Source: Adineta vaga (Eukaryota; Animalia; Rotifera). Taken from it: DNA of 64,000 nt. Positions within the stretch are counted from its first letter, which is position 1. Each line of letters opens with the position of its first letter. The position numbers and the translations under genes are program-made. The stretch is taken from the NCBI GenBank assembly GCA_021613535.1, contig CP075492.1:11904001-11968000 (forward strand). The letters are read 5' to 3'. Shown one piece after another: positions 1 to 10,585 of this stretch. Under the pieces are notes generated by a model that made no database searches, was not told the origin of the DNA, and worked only from the letters and a program-made list of their open reading frames with translations.

Positions 1-1512
1 ATAAGTGTAAAACCTACACCGTCGTAATTCGTATTATTATTCGTATTACTATTAGAAACAGCTCGTTTGGCTGCTGATAGAATTGCTGTTCGTGCTAAAT
101 TTGTTTTATTTGAGGTAGCCGGTGGTGATATTGATTCATTAGGTCCATCATTTTCTGACAAATTATTTCGTTTACGAGTAGGATTTAATGATGAATCTAC
201 CAATGGTTCAATTGAATGTTCTGAATCGGATCGTGAACGTGTTTGTTTCTGTGAACAAAGATCTGGTGAATCATTGTTTACTATCGTAGAATCAATTGAT
301 GTTGAATAAGATCCATGAGGATATAAAGTTAATTGTTCAAAAGACAAATCATCTTTTAATAACTAGATAAAATATTTATAAAATCATCTTTTTAAATTGT
401 GCTTTTTTATAACAATACTTACACATAGAGCATGATTATGTAATTGCCAATATTGAGTTAACTTATCCATGAATTCATGTAAAGTTGTCGAACGTGATAA
501 TAGGATTTCTACATGAGGATATCGACATGATAAAGCAACACGCATATATGCATTAGATGATGCTGGACTTAATAAAATCTTTACATGTTTGGATAGTGTT
601 CGATCCGTTTGTTTACTTGAACCTAGAAATTCATGGTATTATAGTTTCTCTTCATAGAAAATCTCGAACTATTACCAAGTGTGTTGACTGTTTTGGGTGG
701 TTTTAATGCTTTGCCAATAATTGATACATGTTCTCGTTGTCCTTTGACACGTAAAAATGCATTACCATTACGTATTAATTGATGTAAAACAGTAATTGTT
801 GGTTTTTTATCAAAACCTATTTCATAAAAATATGATATGAATTGAATTTCTTGGATAAAATACTCACATTTCACTTTTGGTTTTAAACATAAATACGCCA
901 AAACAGAACGTAATTCCAATGAATCAACATTTGCTTTCTCTTCTAATGAAAAACCAAAGAAAATGACACGAAATTTGAATCAAGATGAAGAAATTTAGGT
1001 AGTTAACCTTCGGTAAATGTATATAATTTTGAAACTGTTCGAAATGAACGATAATAGAAACAACGTATCTGACCAAATGTACGTTTTTGTGCTTCAGGAT
1101 TTACATTTCGCCGACGAGTATTAAAAAATTGACCAAGTGCTTCGAAATTTTTGCCATACTAAGATTAAAAACTAGATAAAAACAATGATAAATCATTCGA
1201 TTAACATACAATTCGAAGTGCACTGAAAAATTGTTTTTGTTCTTCTAATGTCCATTTGATTTTGTCTGGTAATTTCGGTGCGACCTCTTTGGCCTTTTTT
1301 ATTTTAGGTGCAGGTGGTAGAACTGATACAGCTACAACATATTTAATGAATTTTAATATTGTAAAACTATATTTGAATTACTTACGTGGACTACGTTCAC
1401 GTTTTGGTCGTTTAGTAATTTCTTTTGTACGTGATGCTATTGAATCTTCGACAACATTTGTTATTGGTGGAAGTGGAGGTTCGATTTTATTATCTTCTAT
1501 TGTTTCATCCAT
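1..1512 (-). CDS. CRAMP1: Cramped-like chromatin protein (SANT domain), multi-exon, 3' end runs off the window
   Basis: Spliced minus-strand translation starts MDETIEDNK (ATG 1512). It contains the SANT motif WTLEEQKQFFSALRI/YGKNFEAL...GQIRCFYYRSFRTV, then ELRSVLAY, LHQLIRNGNAFLRVKG and VKILLSPASSNAYMRV...LLSRSTTLHEFMDKLTQYW, all resembling conserved Cramped blocks. Confidence 0.8.
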
Positions 1513-2138
1513 CACATTTACTTTCTAAAATAAACTAAATCAGATATATAATTATGACCTTGTGATTATGAGAAAGAGATGTAAATCGACTGGGAACATG
1601 AACGATCGATAATGGTGGAAAAGAAAAATAGATGATCTGTCAAAATACAATACTCTCGTTTGTTTTCTTTTTCGGCCAGTCATAAACGAGCGCAACCGTT
1701 CGTCATTTTCCTCCGCACAAATGTGGGTGTTTGTGTGCGTGTGCGCGCGCGCAGATAGATTGTAGATACCTCAACTGAGTTATTTCGATTCATTATGAAA
1801 CTGTCAAAACTTTGATAGAATTGAAATGATGAATAAGAAACTATGTTCTTTGACACGAACATTCTACATTGATCTAGCAGACATAGTTTTTCATATGAAT
1901 GCATTCTTTTTGTCAAATATTGTTTATTAAATACTTCACGCATACATCAATGCATCGTTTTTTTCCACAGTACAATACAACAAACCAAAATTTTGCTATT
2001 TTACATCAAAAAGAAAACTACGATTGAACAAAAGATATAAGAAAAAGCAACCTATGAAAGATACACATTATGCATCCATTATATCTGACTACATGCATTG
2101 TATAAAAAATCTTCAATAATGAACAATCGCTAGATTTC

Positions 2139-2588
2139 TCAACCACTAGAAATAAAAAGAAACATCGAATTGAAAAAGAATTCTAGTTTTTAAATTTTGA
2201 ATAGTAACTTACATTACAGAAGGATCATTCTGTTTAGAATAAGGATAACGTCTAACATTTCTTGATGCTAACATTGCAAGTATTTGTTCTATATTAATAG
2301 GTCCTTCAACAGGTCGAAATTCCGATGGATATTGATACATTTTTGTACGATAATCTATTGCTTTACGATAATTTTGTTGTAAATAAAGTTGACGATACAA
2401 GACATCAGCTGATTGCCAATTCATCATATCAATATTTCGTAGTTGACGATTTCTATATAGCCTAAATTTGATTGAAATTAGTTTTTTGAGTAATAAATCG
2501 AATCGACTTACTTGACATTACGATCCAATGGATACGCATTTAAAAGAGAAATCAAAAATAATATGATGATCAATCTTTGTATGATCAT
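2139..2588 (-). CDS. Secreted peptide precursor (~110 aa, 3 exons), candidate neuropeptide prohormone
   Basis: Signal peptide MIIQRLIIILFLISLLNA. Introns 2511-2462 and 2212-2146 (GTAAGT..AG) give a continuous frame ending RRYPYSKQNDPSVIG-stop. Confidence 0.65.
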
Positions 2589-2700
2589 AGTATATAAATC
2601 TTTTCTGTTAAAAGGAAAAAACGATGTATCTACAAGTAAATATATCGAGTAAAACTTTCTTTCATATTTTACTTCTTCTAACGATTCGTATATGTTGATC

Positions 2701-2733
2701 ATACATATACATATATATATATATATATATACA
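2701..2733. repeat. (TA/CA)n microsatellite
   Basis: atacatatacatatatatatatatatatataca. Confidence 0.9.
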
Positions 2734-3479
2734 TATTTTTTTCTTTTTCTTTGATTGATGCTATTCTCTTGTTTTTATCTAAGAATGAAACAGTATGTTT
2801 ATCTTCATAATAATGAATCAGATATTTATACGGAATTTTTATTGTTATATCTTCGAAAAGAAATATCACTTTTACATAACTGTATATCGAAATATTGAAG
2901 ATGAAATTCTGATGAGTAATCATAAAGTTTATTAAAGATAATATATTAAGATTATGAATATGGGCGTGGTTAAAGTTTATGAAGTATTTTTGTTCCACTT
3001 ATGTCTTTGTTTATAGAAGTTCTAAAAAGATAAATGCGTTTTTTTCTTTCCAGTACATATCGCCAGTAAACTGTACGTGTAGTAGTAAAAGCAAAAGAAT
3101 ATTATCGATGGAAACCTTGCTATAACTCATCTATGATTTCTATCGAAAATCAATCGAATTCTATATATGATAAGTTGTTCACGAAATGTCGGTTTGATTT
3201 TAAACATGATCGTTTGCTCTATTTTATGAATAGAATCATTGTGATTTACTCTGAGTCAACAATGTAACATTACTATTGTTGACGATCGTATCCGAAAAAA
3301 CGAAACGAACTAATCGTTTGAGCCTATATTTATTTTATGTATCGGACACGAACTTGTCGTTACTTTTTGCTCTGTCCGAAAACAACTTTTGACGACAAAC
3401 AATCATAACTCATCGATCGTTTTCTTTTTTCCATTTATTATTCAATGAATGATATTCATATTAACACGTATATTTAACA

Positions 3480-5218
3480 ATGATTTTCATACTAATATTA
3501 GTGAGTATGTTTGTTCCATTCATGAATTGTGATTGTGGTGGAGAATTCAAAATTATCTGTTATTTTTCATCTTGGACGGGAATTCATCCAGATGCAAAGA
3601 ATTGTACTCATATTGTTTATACATTTGCACGAATTGAAGATGATAATACACTGACTGGTATATATATTTTTGAGCAGTTTTGTTATGAAAAAAATAGACG
3701 TTTATTTATTTTCTAGGTGTATGGAATAATCCATTGAAAGATTTCAAAAATAATAAAGATCCTGAATTGAAAATTCTTATAGCAATTGGTGGTCAAGATT
3801 ATGCAATTCGACGAGCAAATGATATGATGTCTAAAGATGAATATCGACAAAAATTTGTTATTTCAACAACGAAACTTTTGCGAACACATGAATTCGATGG
3901 ACTTGATTTAAATTTCGAACCAAGCGAAGCATTAGGACCACCATCAACATCAACACCACAATTAGTCGAAGATAAACAACGATTATCAACACTCTGTAAA
4001 GTAAGATTATCGAAGCTGTTTTAAAAAGAAGAATGTAAATTAATCGTATTTAAAGGATCTTCACGAAGAGTATGCTGAAGAAGCTGGACGAACAGGAAAA
4101 CCACGTTTATTACTGACAATAACTGTTTCTGGAATTAAAAAAGAACTTGAATCACGTTTTGATTTAGCAGAACTTGCAAAGTGAGTTCGATATTTACTTT
4201 TATTTTTATTTTCATCATTTAAATAGATGTGCTGATTGGCTTAATATTCAAACGTATGATTATCGAGGTTCTCGAGATAAAATTGCTGAACACCATAGTC
4301 CGTTACTGAAAGCAACCAATGCTGAAGGTGATGATAAAGATTTAAATCAGGTTTGTTGGATTTTCGATGTTCTTCTAAGATAAATAATGTCAATATATTA
4401 GGATACAGCCGTTAAATATCTGATTAATAATGGTATTGAACCATCAAAAATCTTAGTTGGACTTCCAGCATTTGGAAAAAAATTTCGTTTGACAAGTGAT
4501 TTACATGATCTTGGTAGTCCTGCAACATGTGTTGGAAGTGTGCCTTATACTGAAGTAATGTATATAGAAAGATTTCACGTTTTTTTAAACCGTTTATTAT
4601 ATAGCTTTGTCGAAATATGATGTCTGGCTGGCAACGAGTATTTCTTGATGATCGTAAAGTTCCAATTATGATTAAAGGTTTTTTCATCACTATAAAGTCC
4701 ATTATTCTGATTAGAATAAGATAATTTTTCATTGTAGGTGATGAAGTTATTGGTTACGATGATTTACAAAGTATGGAATTAAAAGTAAGAAAAAAAAAAG
4801 TAGTCGTCAAATGAAATCCTTTTTCTTGCTCTTCAAATAGATCAATTATGCTAAAGATCAACGTCTTGGTGGTATGTTCATCTATCCAGTTAATTTTGAT
4901 GATAGTTCAGGTCAATCATGTAATCAAGGCAAATTTCCAATTGTTTCTCTTGTTAAACGTTTAACATCAAATTATACAGTTTCATGTACACCGCCAACTA
5001 CTCCAGCTGCAAATACTACAGTAGCACCTAAAAATCGTACGAAAATCATTACGCCAAAATGGAAAATACCACGTCCAGAACATTTCATTCCAGGAGGAGG
5101 AGGAGGAGGAGGTTATAGTAGATATCGTTCAAAAATACATAATGCAAGTTGTTTATCAATGTCAATACATATGGTTGTATATCTTTATCCGATCTTTTTA
5201 TTTCTGTTACTTGTATGA
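3480..5218 (+). CDS. GH18 chitinase-like protein, secreted and probably GPI-anchored (~8 exons)
   Basis: Signal peptide; KIICYFSSW, CTHIVYTFA, KILIAIGG, FDGLDLNFEP, QTYDYRG, IGYDD and GGMFIYP motifs; Thr/Pro stalk, poly-Gly and hydrophobic C-terminus. Confidence 0.9.
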
Positions 5219-5322
5219 TTAAATAATTAAAGAAAAAGAAAACATTTCCTTCATCTTTCTTTTCATTCTATTGACAAAATATGGATTATTAAACTGAAGA
5301 AAACGAAAGAGAATTAATTATT

Positions 5323-6110
5323 TTATTGATAACAACTAATGAAACGGTAATTAAGATCATAACAAAATCTGATTTCATCCAATTGACCTTGTTGATCCAT
5401 CCGAACATAAATCGCTGATGCAAATAATTTCGGTGAATTCAATGCAAGAAAAGCATTTTTGATTGATGTATATGTTGGATTTCTTATTGCACGAATATCG
5501 GGAATATTCAATTGATTGTAAAGACGTTCTATCGTTGTAAAATATTCCATTGGTGTTTCAAAATAACACGAGCCTAAGAAGAAAACATTCATGTAAAAAA
5601 TTCTCTCAATGAAATTGATGAACAAACCATGTTTTTCCCATTCTCCTTGCATAAGATCTTCATCAGGAATTAGACAATAGAATCGTTTGATCAATGAAGT
5701 TGAAAGTTGTTGATCATCTCGACAATTTCGAGGTTGATCACGAAATGATGTAGTACCAGATTTCTGGGGCCAAAGTCCATGTACAATTAAACCAAAAGAA
5801 TCAGAACGTGTACATTGAAATTCTCGATTACGTGCTGCAGTGGAAAGTGATGCACAGAATGATGGTGACCTAAAATGAAAATTAAAGAACTATGAAAGTA
5901 TTTTTGATTTGTTATTTACCAAGAAAGACTAAGCACCAGATAATCTGTTCTAGCATTGGTATTACTCCATTCATGATCTCGTGATTTCCAATTAAAATCG
6001 TAATTTGTTTTGAATTTTGGTGGCATTGGACAAGAGTTTTGAGTAACAGAAGCTCCATTTGCACAGAAAATACACAAGAAAATCACAACGCAAGAATATA
6101 CTCTCATCAT
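5323..6110 (-). CDS. Secreted ribonuclease T2-family protein (bacterial-type), 3 exons
   Basis: Signal peptide; YLVLSLSW|SPSFC; CAS I LIVHGLWPQ; CAS II LMQGEWEKHG|SC; C-terminal LDEIRFCYD. Confidence 0.92.
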
Positions 6111-6467
6111 TTGTATATCGTTTCGTCAATAACAGAAATCGCTATTTACTCAGTATGCATCAACATATATACTGTATCGGTGATTCATTTCAGAACTTAC
6201 CTTGACGAAAAAAGCGAAGCAAAATATTAAATAGTGTAGTTCTTTTCAAATGATTCGAAAAATATTTATTCGTCATAGCACAAAACTATAACATTTGTTT
6301 TGGTTTATGATTGATTGAATGGGTTCTTAAACAGAATATGTATATCGGCGTTTAGCATGTTTTCGTGAAGCATATATATACAAAATATCGTACCTTCGAG
6401 CATCAGAATATATATTTTTTCTCTCTTTTCAGATGATGATTAATTGATTTTGGTGATATTCATAGTT

Positions 6468-7999
6468 TTATTTCAGAATGATTCGTATTTGTTCATTATC
6501 TTCTTTTGTTAAACAAAGGAAATTTTCTACCTGAGTTTGAATACAGTATTTTGGACATATTTCAGCGAAATAATAACCTGAAAGTATAGTCGAATATTCT
6601 GTACACCAATTTTTAATATATTTCCTTAGTTTTTTCGATTGAGAAGATGATTTTTCTTCTAGTTTTGTCAATGATTGTAATGTTGTCTGCAAAAAAGTAT
6701 ATTTGCAATGCTTCATTTTGAAGAGATTCTAAAACTTACTGTGATTACAGAGAATGTTGAACATTTTGGATGAATATCTCCACATTCTGGTATTAAATGA
6801 CTGATAAAGAAACATTGATAAGGATGAAAATATTAAATTTTAACTTACTTTTTACATTCTTCACAAGAAAGACATTGATAAAACCACATTGATCCCACGT
6901 GCTCGTAATAGTTTCAACGCTTCGGAACAATGCATGTTACTAGTTCTAATACTATCTATGAGATAGAACAGTCGAGTTGGTATGACTAAATCACCATATA
7001 AACATATAGATACATTCGTTCGTTTCAATTTTTGATTCGTTGATATGCATTTCTTCTGATGACATATTCGATTTTCATCACATGGAGTACCTGAATATAA
7101 TGAAAAGGAACTTTGTGTTAATACCATCGAAAGCTCCATCTTTCCAATACATGAAATCATCGGATGGTTTTTGAAAACATCGTAATTCTTGACAAATTTT
7201 TTCTTTATACAATGTTTGAGTTTGATTGTATATCGTTCGAATAAATGTCATCGATTGTAATCCATAATGTAGTTGACATTGTTGATGAAGAGTAATCATC
7301 TGTCCTAGTTTAGTATGAATACTTGTAATTCGATTCTTCCAACATTTCGTAGTTGTAGTATCAGCAAAATAATGAATTGATATCTTCTTGAATCAGTGAA
7401 TATCGATGCAATGATGAACAAAGATCATTGACATATACTGAACCAGTACCTTCGATCAGATTGAATCGAGTAAAAGTCATAATACGATCAGCAGTTTTCG
7501 GGAATTGTTTTTTCTATTTTCGGTTTCTTTTTATTTGAACTACTATTCTTAGTTTTTGATAGTACTGTAGATTCTCCAGTGATAGGAGTGTGTACTTTCG
7601 ATAATTTGTTCGTACGTTGCTGGCGATTCCGATGCCATTTGATAAAGACGTGTGCATGTTCTAGAATTGAACCTTCATATTTAACGATATAGTTATTGAT
7701 TATGGTTCGTTTTGTTCTTACATTTGTAGATGATATCGATGAGAAAATATTATAGAAAGAATTATTCGAAACGTAAATAGTAGCAAATAATCAATCAAAA
7801 TCTGACAATGTACCTTTCATTACTGTGGTAATACTGAACTGATTCGTCGTTCGATTCAACATGATAAGTGTATATCGAAGATGAAGAATTATTAATGATG
7901 GAAACCAATTCTTCGTAACCAGTAATATTCAAAATGAAATCAAATGATGATTCTTTTGTATGAAAAATAGAAGCAACAGTAACATCCAATACATATCTA
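6468..7999 (-). pseudogene. Disrupted ADAMTS/M12B-like metalloprotease
   Basis: Fragments lie in different frames: furin-like site RTKR; ADRIMTFTR..GSVYVNDLCSSLHRYSLIQED; Cys-rich LGQMITLHQQCQLHYG..CQELRC..DG|TPCDENRICHQKKC. There are in-frame stops and frameshifts near 7490 and 7362, and no HExxH motif. Confidence 0.6.
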
Positions 8000-8248
8000 G
8001 ATTTCTAAATCTATTTCGAATATGAAAAGAAAAAGAACTCTTCCTATATACAATCAAGTGTTAATAGTTGTATAACACATATTCTTTATCTTACATTGAA
8101 TTACTTTCATCGACCTTCTTCTACACAGCACTACTAAACTCTTAAGAAATCTTGTAGATATTCGTTCTTTCGTTTATTATATACACATCGACAAAACAGT
8201 ATATTTCAATTAAAAGCGAAACGTTCTTTTGTTCTCTAATCACACAAT

Positions 8249-9094
8249 TTATTGTGCACGAATATACGATTGACCATATGAATGATTCACATCTCCAATC
8301 AAACAATGAACGATAATAATACCAACAAGCTATAAAAGAAAAATACGTTACATTATATATTTGCACCGAGAGCTTATTTTTACATACCATAGTCAAACTC
8401 ATGAATAGAGTTAAACCACCATTCATACCTAATAAAAATTTTTCTTCATCATACTAAAAATTATTGATTAGAAACATGAATTCAATAGAAATTTGGATTA
8501 CAAAAAAAGACACGTTACATTTTTTTCCACCAAGTTGGGATTAGTGATTTTGTCTTCATCTTTATATCCATCTATTTGAGCTAGAATGAATTAAAATTTT
8601 ATCGTATGAGAAAGAAAATCAATGAAACTAAAATTTACATGCAAAGATAATACCAATAATTCCAATAATTATACCAAGAATCATTAAAATCCATAAACAT
8701 GATGCATACTAAATGAATGAAGAAGAAAAAATAAGAGTTTTTTGTTCATCTTTCGACAGATCTTTTGATTTACTGCTTTTAACACTGATATACGTAATGT
8801 AATCGTAGCAATAATACCAATGATACTAATTAGAATACCAAGAGATCCGATAATTACAAGTAGAATGCCAAAACCAAGTTCTCGTCGATAAATTCGATCC
8901 GAAAATGTAAGAACATTTTCAAGTCGTGGAATACTTAAATGCCACGCACCAAGTACAATAAATGCAACAGATTCAAGAACCAAAAGGAATATAAATAAAT
9001 AAGATATGAATACGATAAACCAATGTAATGGACGTTCTCGTACATGTGTCCTTGTTGTATAATGAAAATGTTGAGATTCTATTTGACTGTGCAT
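8249..9094 (-). CDS. Tetraspanin-like four-TM membrane protein (5 exons)
   Basis: Spliced product has 4 hydrophobic helices (FIVFISYLFIFLLVL..., GILLVIIGSLGILISIIG..., YASCLWILMILGIIIGIIG..., GGLTLFMSLTM|LVGIIIVHC) and ends YIRAQ-stop at 8249. Confidence 0.65.
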
Positions 9095-10585
9095 TCTCTT
9101 CGTAAAATGACGTTGTCTTGACTAAAAGTGAGTTCAATAGACGACGAACTTCATATGCAAATAAGAATTAAAGAAAAAAGAAAAAGAAGAAGTAGAAGAA
9201 GGAGAAAAAAAAAAGAAATACAGAAGGAGTAAGAATGAGAAAGCTGCAGGTTCTACGAATGTCTTTGTATATGAGCGACGGTGTTAAAAGAAGAAAAAAA
9301 AGGCATAAGAAATAGAACTTCTTTCTCTCATTGTGCACTAGCTCGAAGTAAATTGGATGATATGTCACTCTATCGCGAAAGGGTAGGAGAATGAAAGGAA
9401 GAAAAGGAGGAAAGATTGTCATTATATTGGCATCAAAGTAAAGTCATTCTTCGATTAACACCTACGTTTGATTGCAAAATAATTGATTCGTATTATTATT
9501 TAAAATAGATCATGACTTTCTTATAAATATTTTTGTTCTATTAGCTATTGAGTAATTTGAATCAATATTATTTTTGAGACAATTGAATGAATAATCATTA
9601 TTTAGTTTAATACAAAACGATGAGAAGTAATAACTTTAATAAACAGTATAGAAATATCATTGCCAACCTTAATTTGGATCATGACGAGTAGTGCTATTGA
9701 TACCACGAAAGTTTCAATTACCTATGTATGAACAAAGAATACATTCAGAGCTAACACAACTATTCGACATCCGTGATCTATATTTAATTGATATTCTCAG
9801 AATTGCTGATATATCTGTGACTACACCAAGATCATTTAGAGTTATACTAATGGAATCATTTCTATCACTGATCGTTATTAATGTATGGGATTTAGAAGTC
9901 AAGAACACAGTATTATTTTTCAATCATCCATCTAGTACCCAAATGAAACTCAAGAATTCCAATCAATAACCATTTTTTTGAAATATGTACATTGATTTCC
10001 TAAAAGAACGCTCTGATTAATTTGGGTTATAATAATAGACTTCTATGTATCTAAAGTACGAGTTTCACATATGTGAATAACAGTCGATCAAAACATTCTC
10101 GTTATGAGGAATTCATTTTTAGTCAACACGAAAATAATAATAACTATTCATCTGCTGGTATCAGTATTCATATTCCATAATATCTATGAGATGTAATTTT
10201 CATGTGCGTCGTATTAGTTTATTTTTATTGCGAACAATTCATGTTCGTAGCTGACAAAAAGAAAAGAAACGCAATTACTAACGGAATGTGCGATACAAAT
10301 ATCTAACAGTATAAAACATATGTACACAATAAGAAAAACAAGTATGGAATGTCTTGCGAAATTTCAAAGTGTTTTCACAATTGACAAATGGACACAACAC
10401 TAAATATATGAAATACATAACAAAAGAAAAAAGGAATCAAGTATTTCATGTGTATTGAATAGGAAAAAAATGGAATGAAAAAAACGAACAAAGATAAGAT
10501 ATTCGTATGAAATAATTAGTAAAAAAAATACGAATAAACATACACAGCGCAGATCTGATTGAAATTGAGAAGATTAAACAGGTAT

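Noticed and set aside
3342-3398. Interleaved 7-bp inverted repeats (TCGGACA/TGTCCGA and TTGTCGT/ACGACAA), pseudoknot-like
   Set aside because: The stems are short enough to arise by chance and probably lie upstream of the chitinase transcript.
9691-9969. Overlapping + and - ORFs between the tetraspanin-like gene and contactin
   Set aside because: No recognisable motif, no ATG at the predicted + start and no convincing splice structure. It could be a decayed fragment but I cannot support that.
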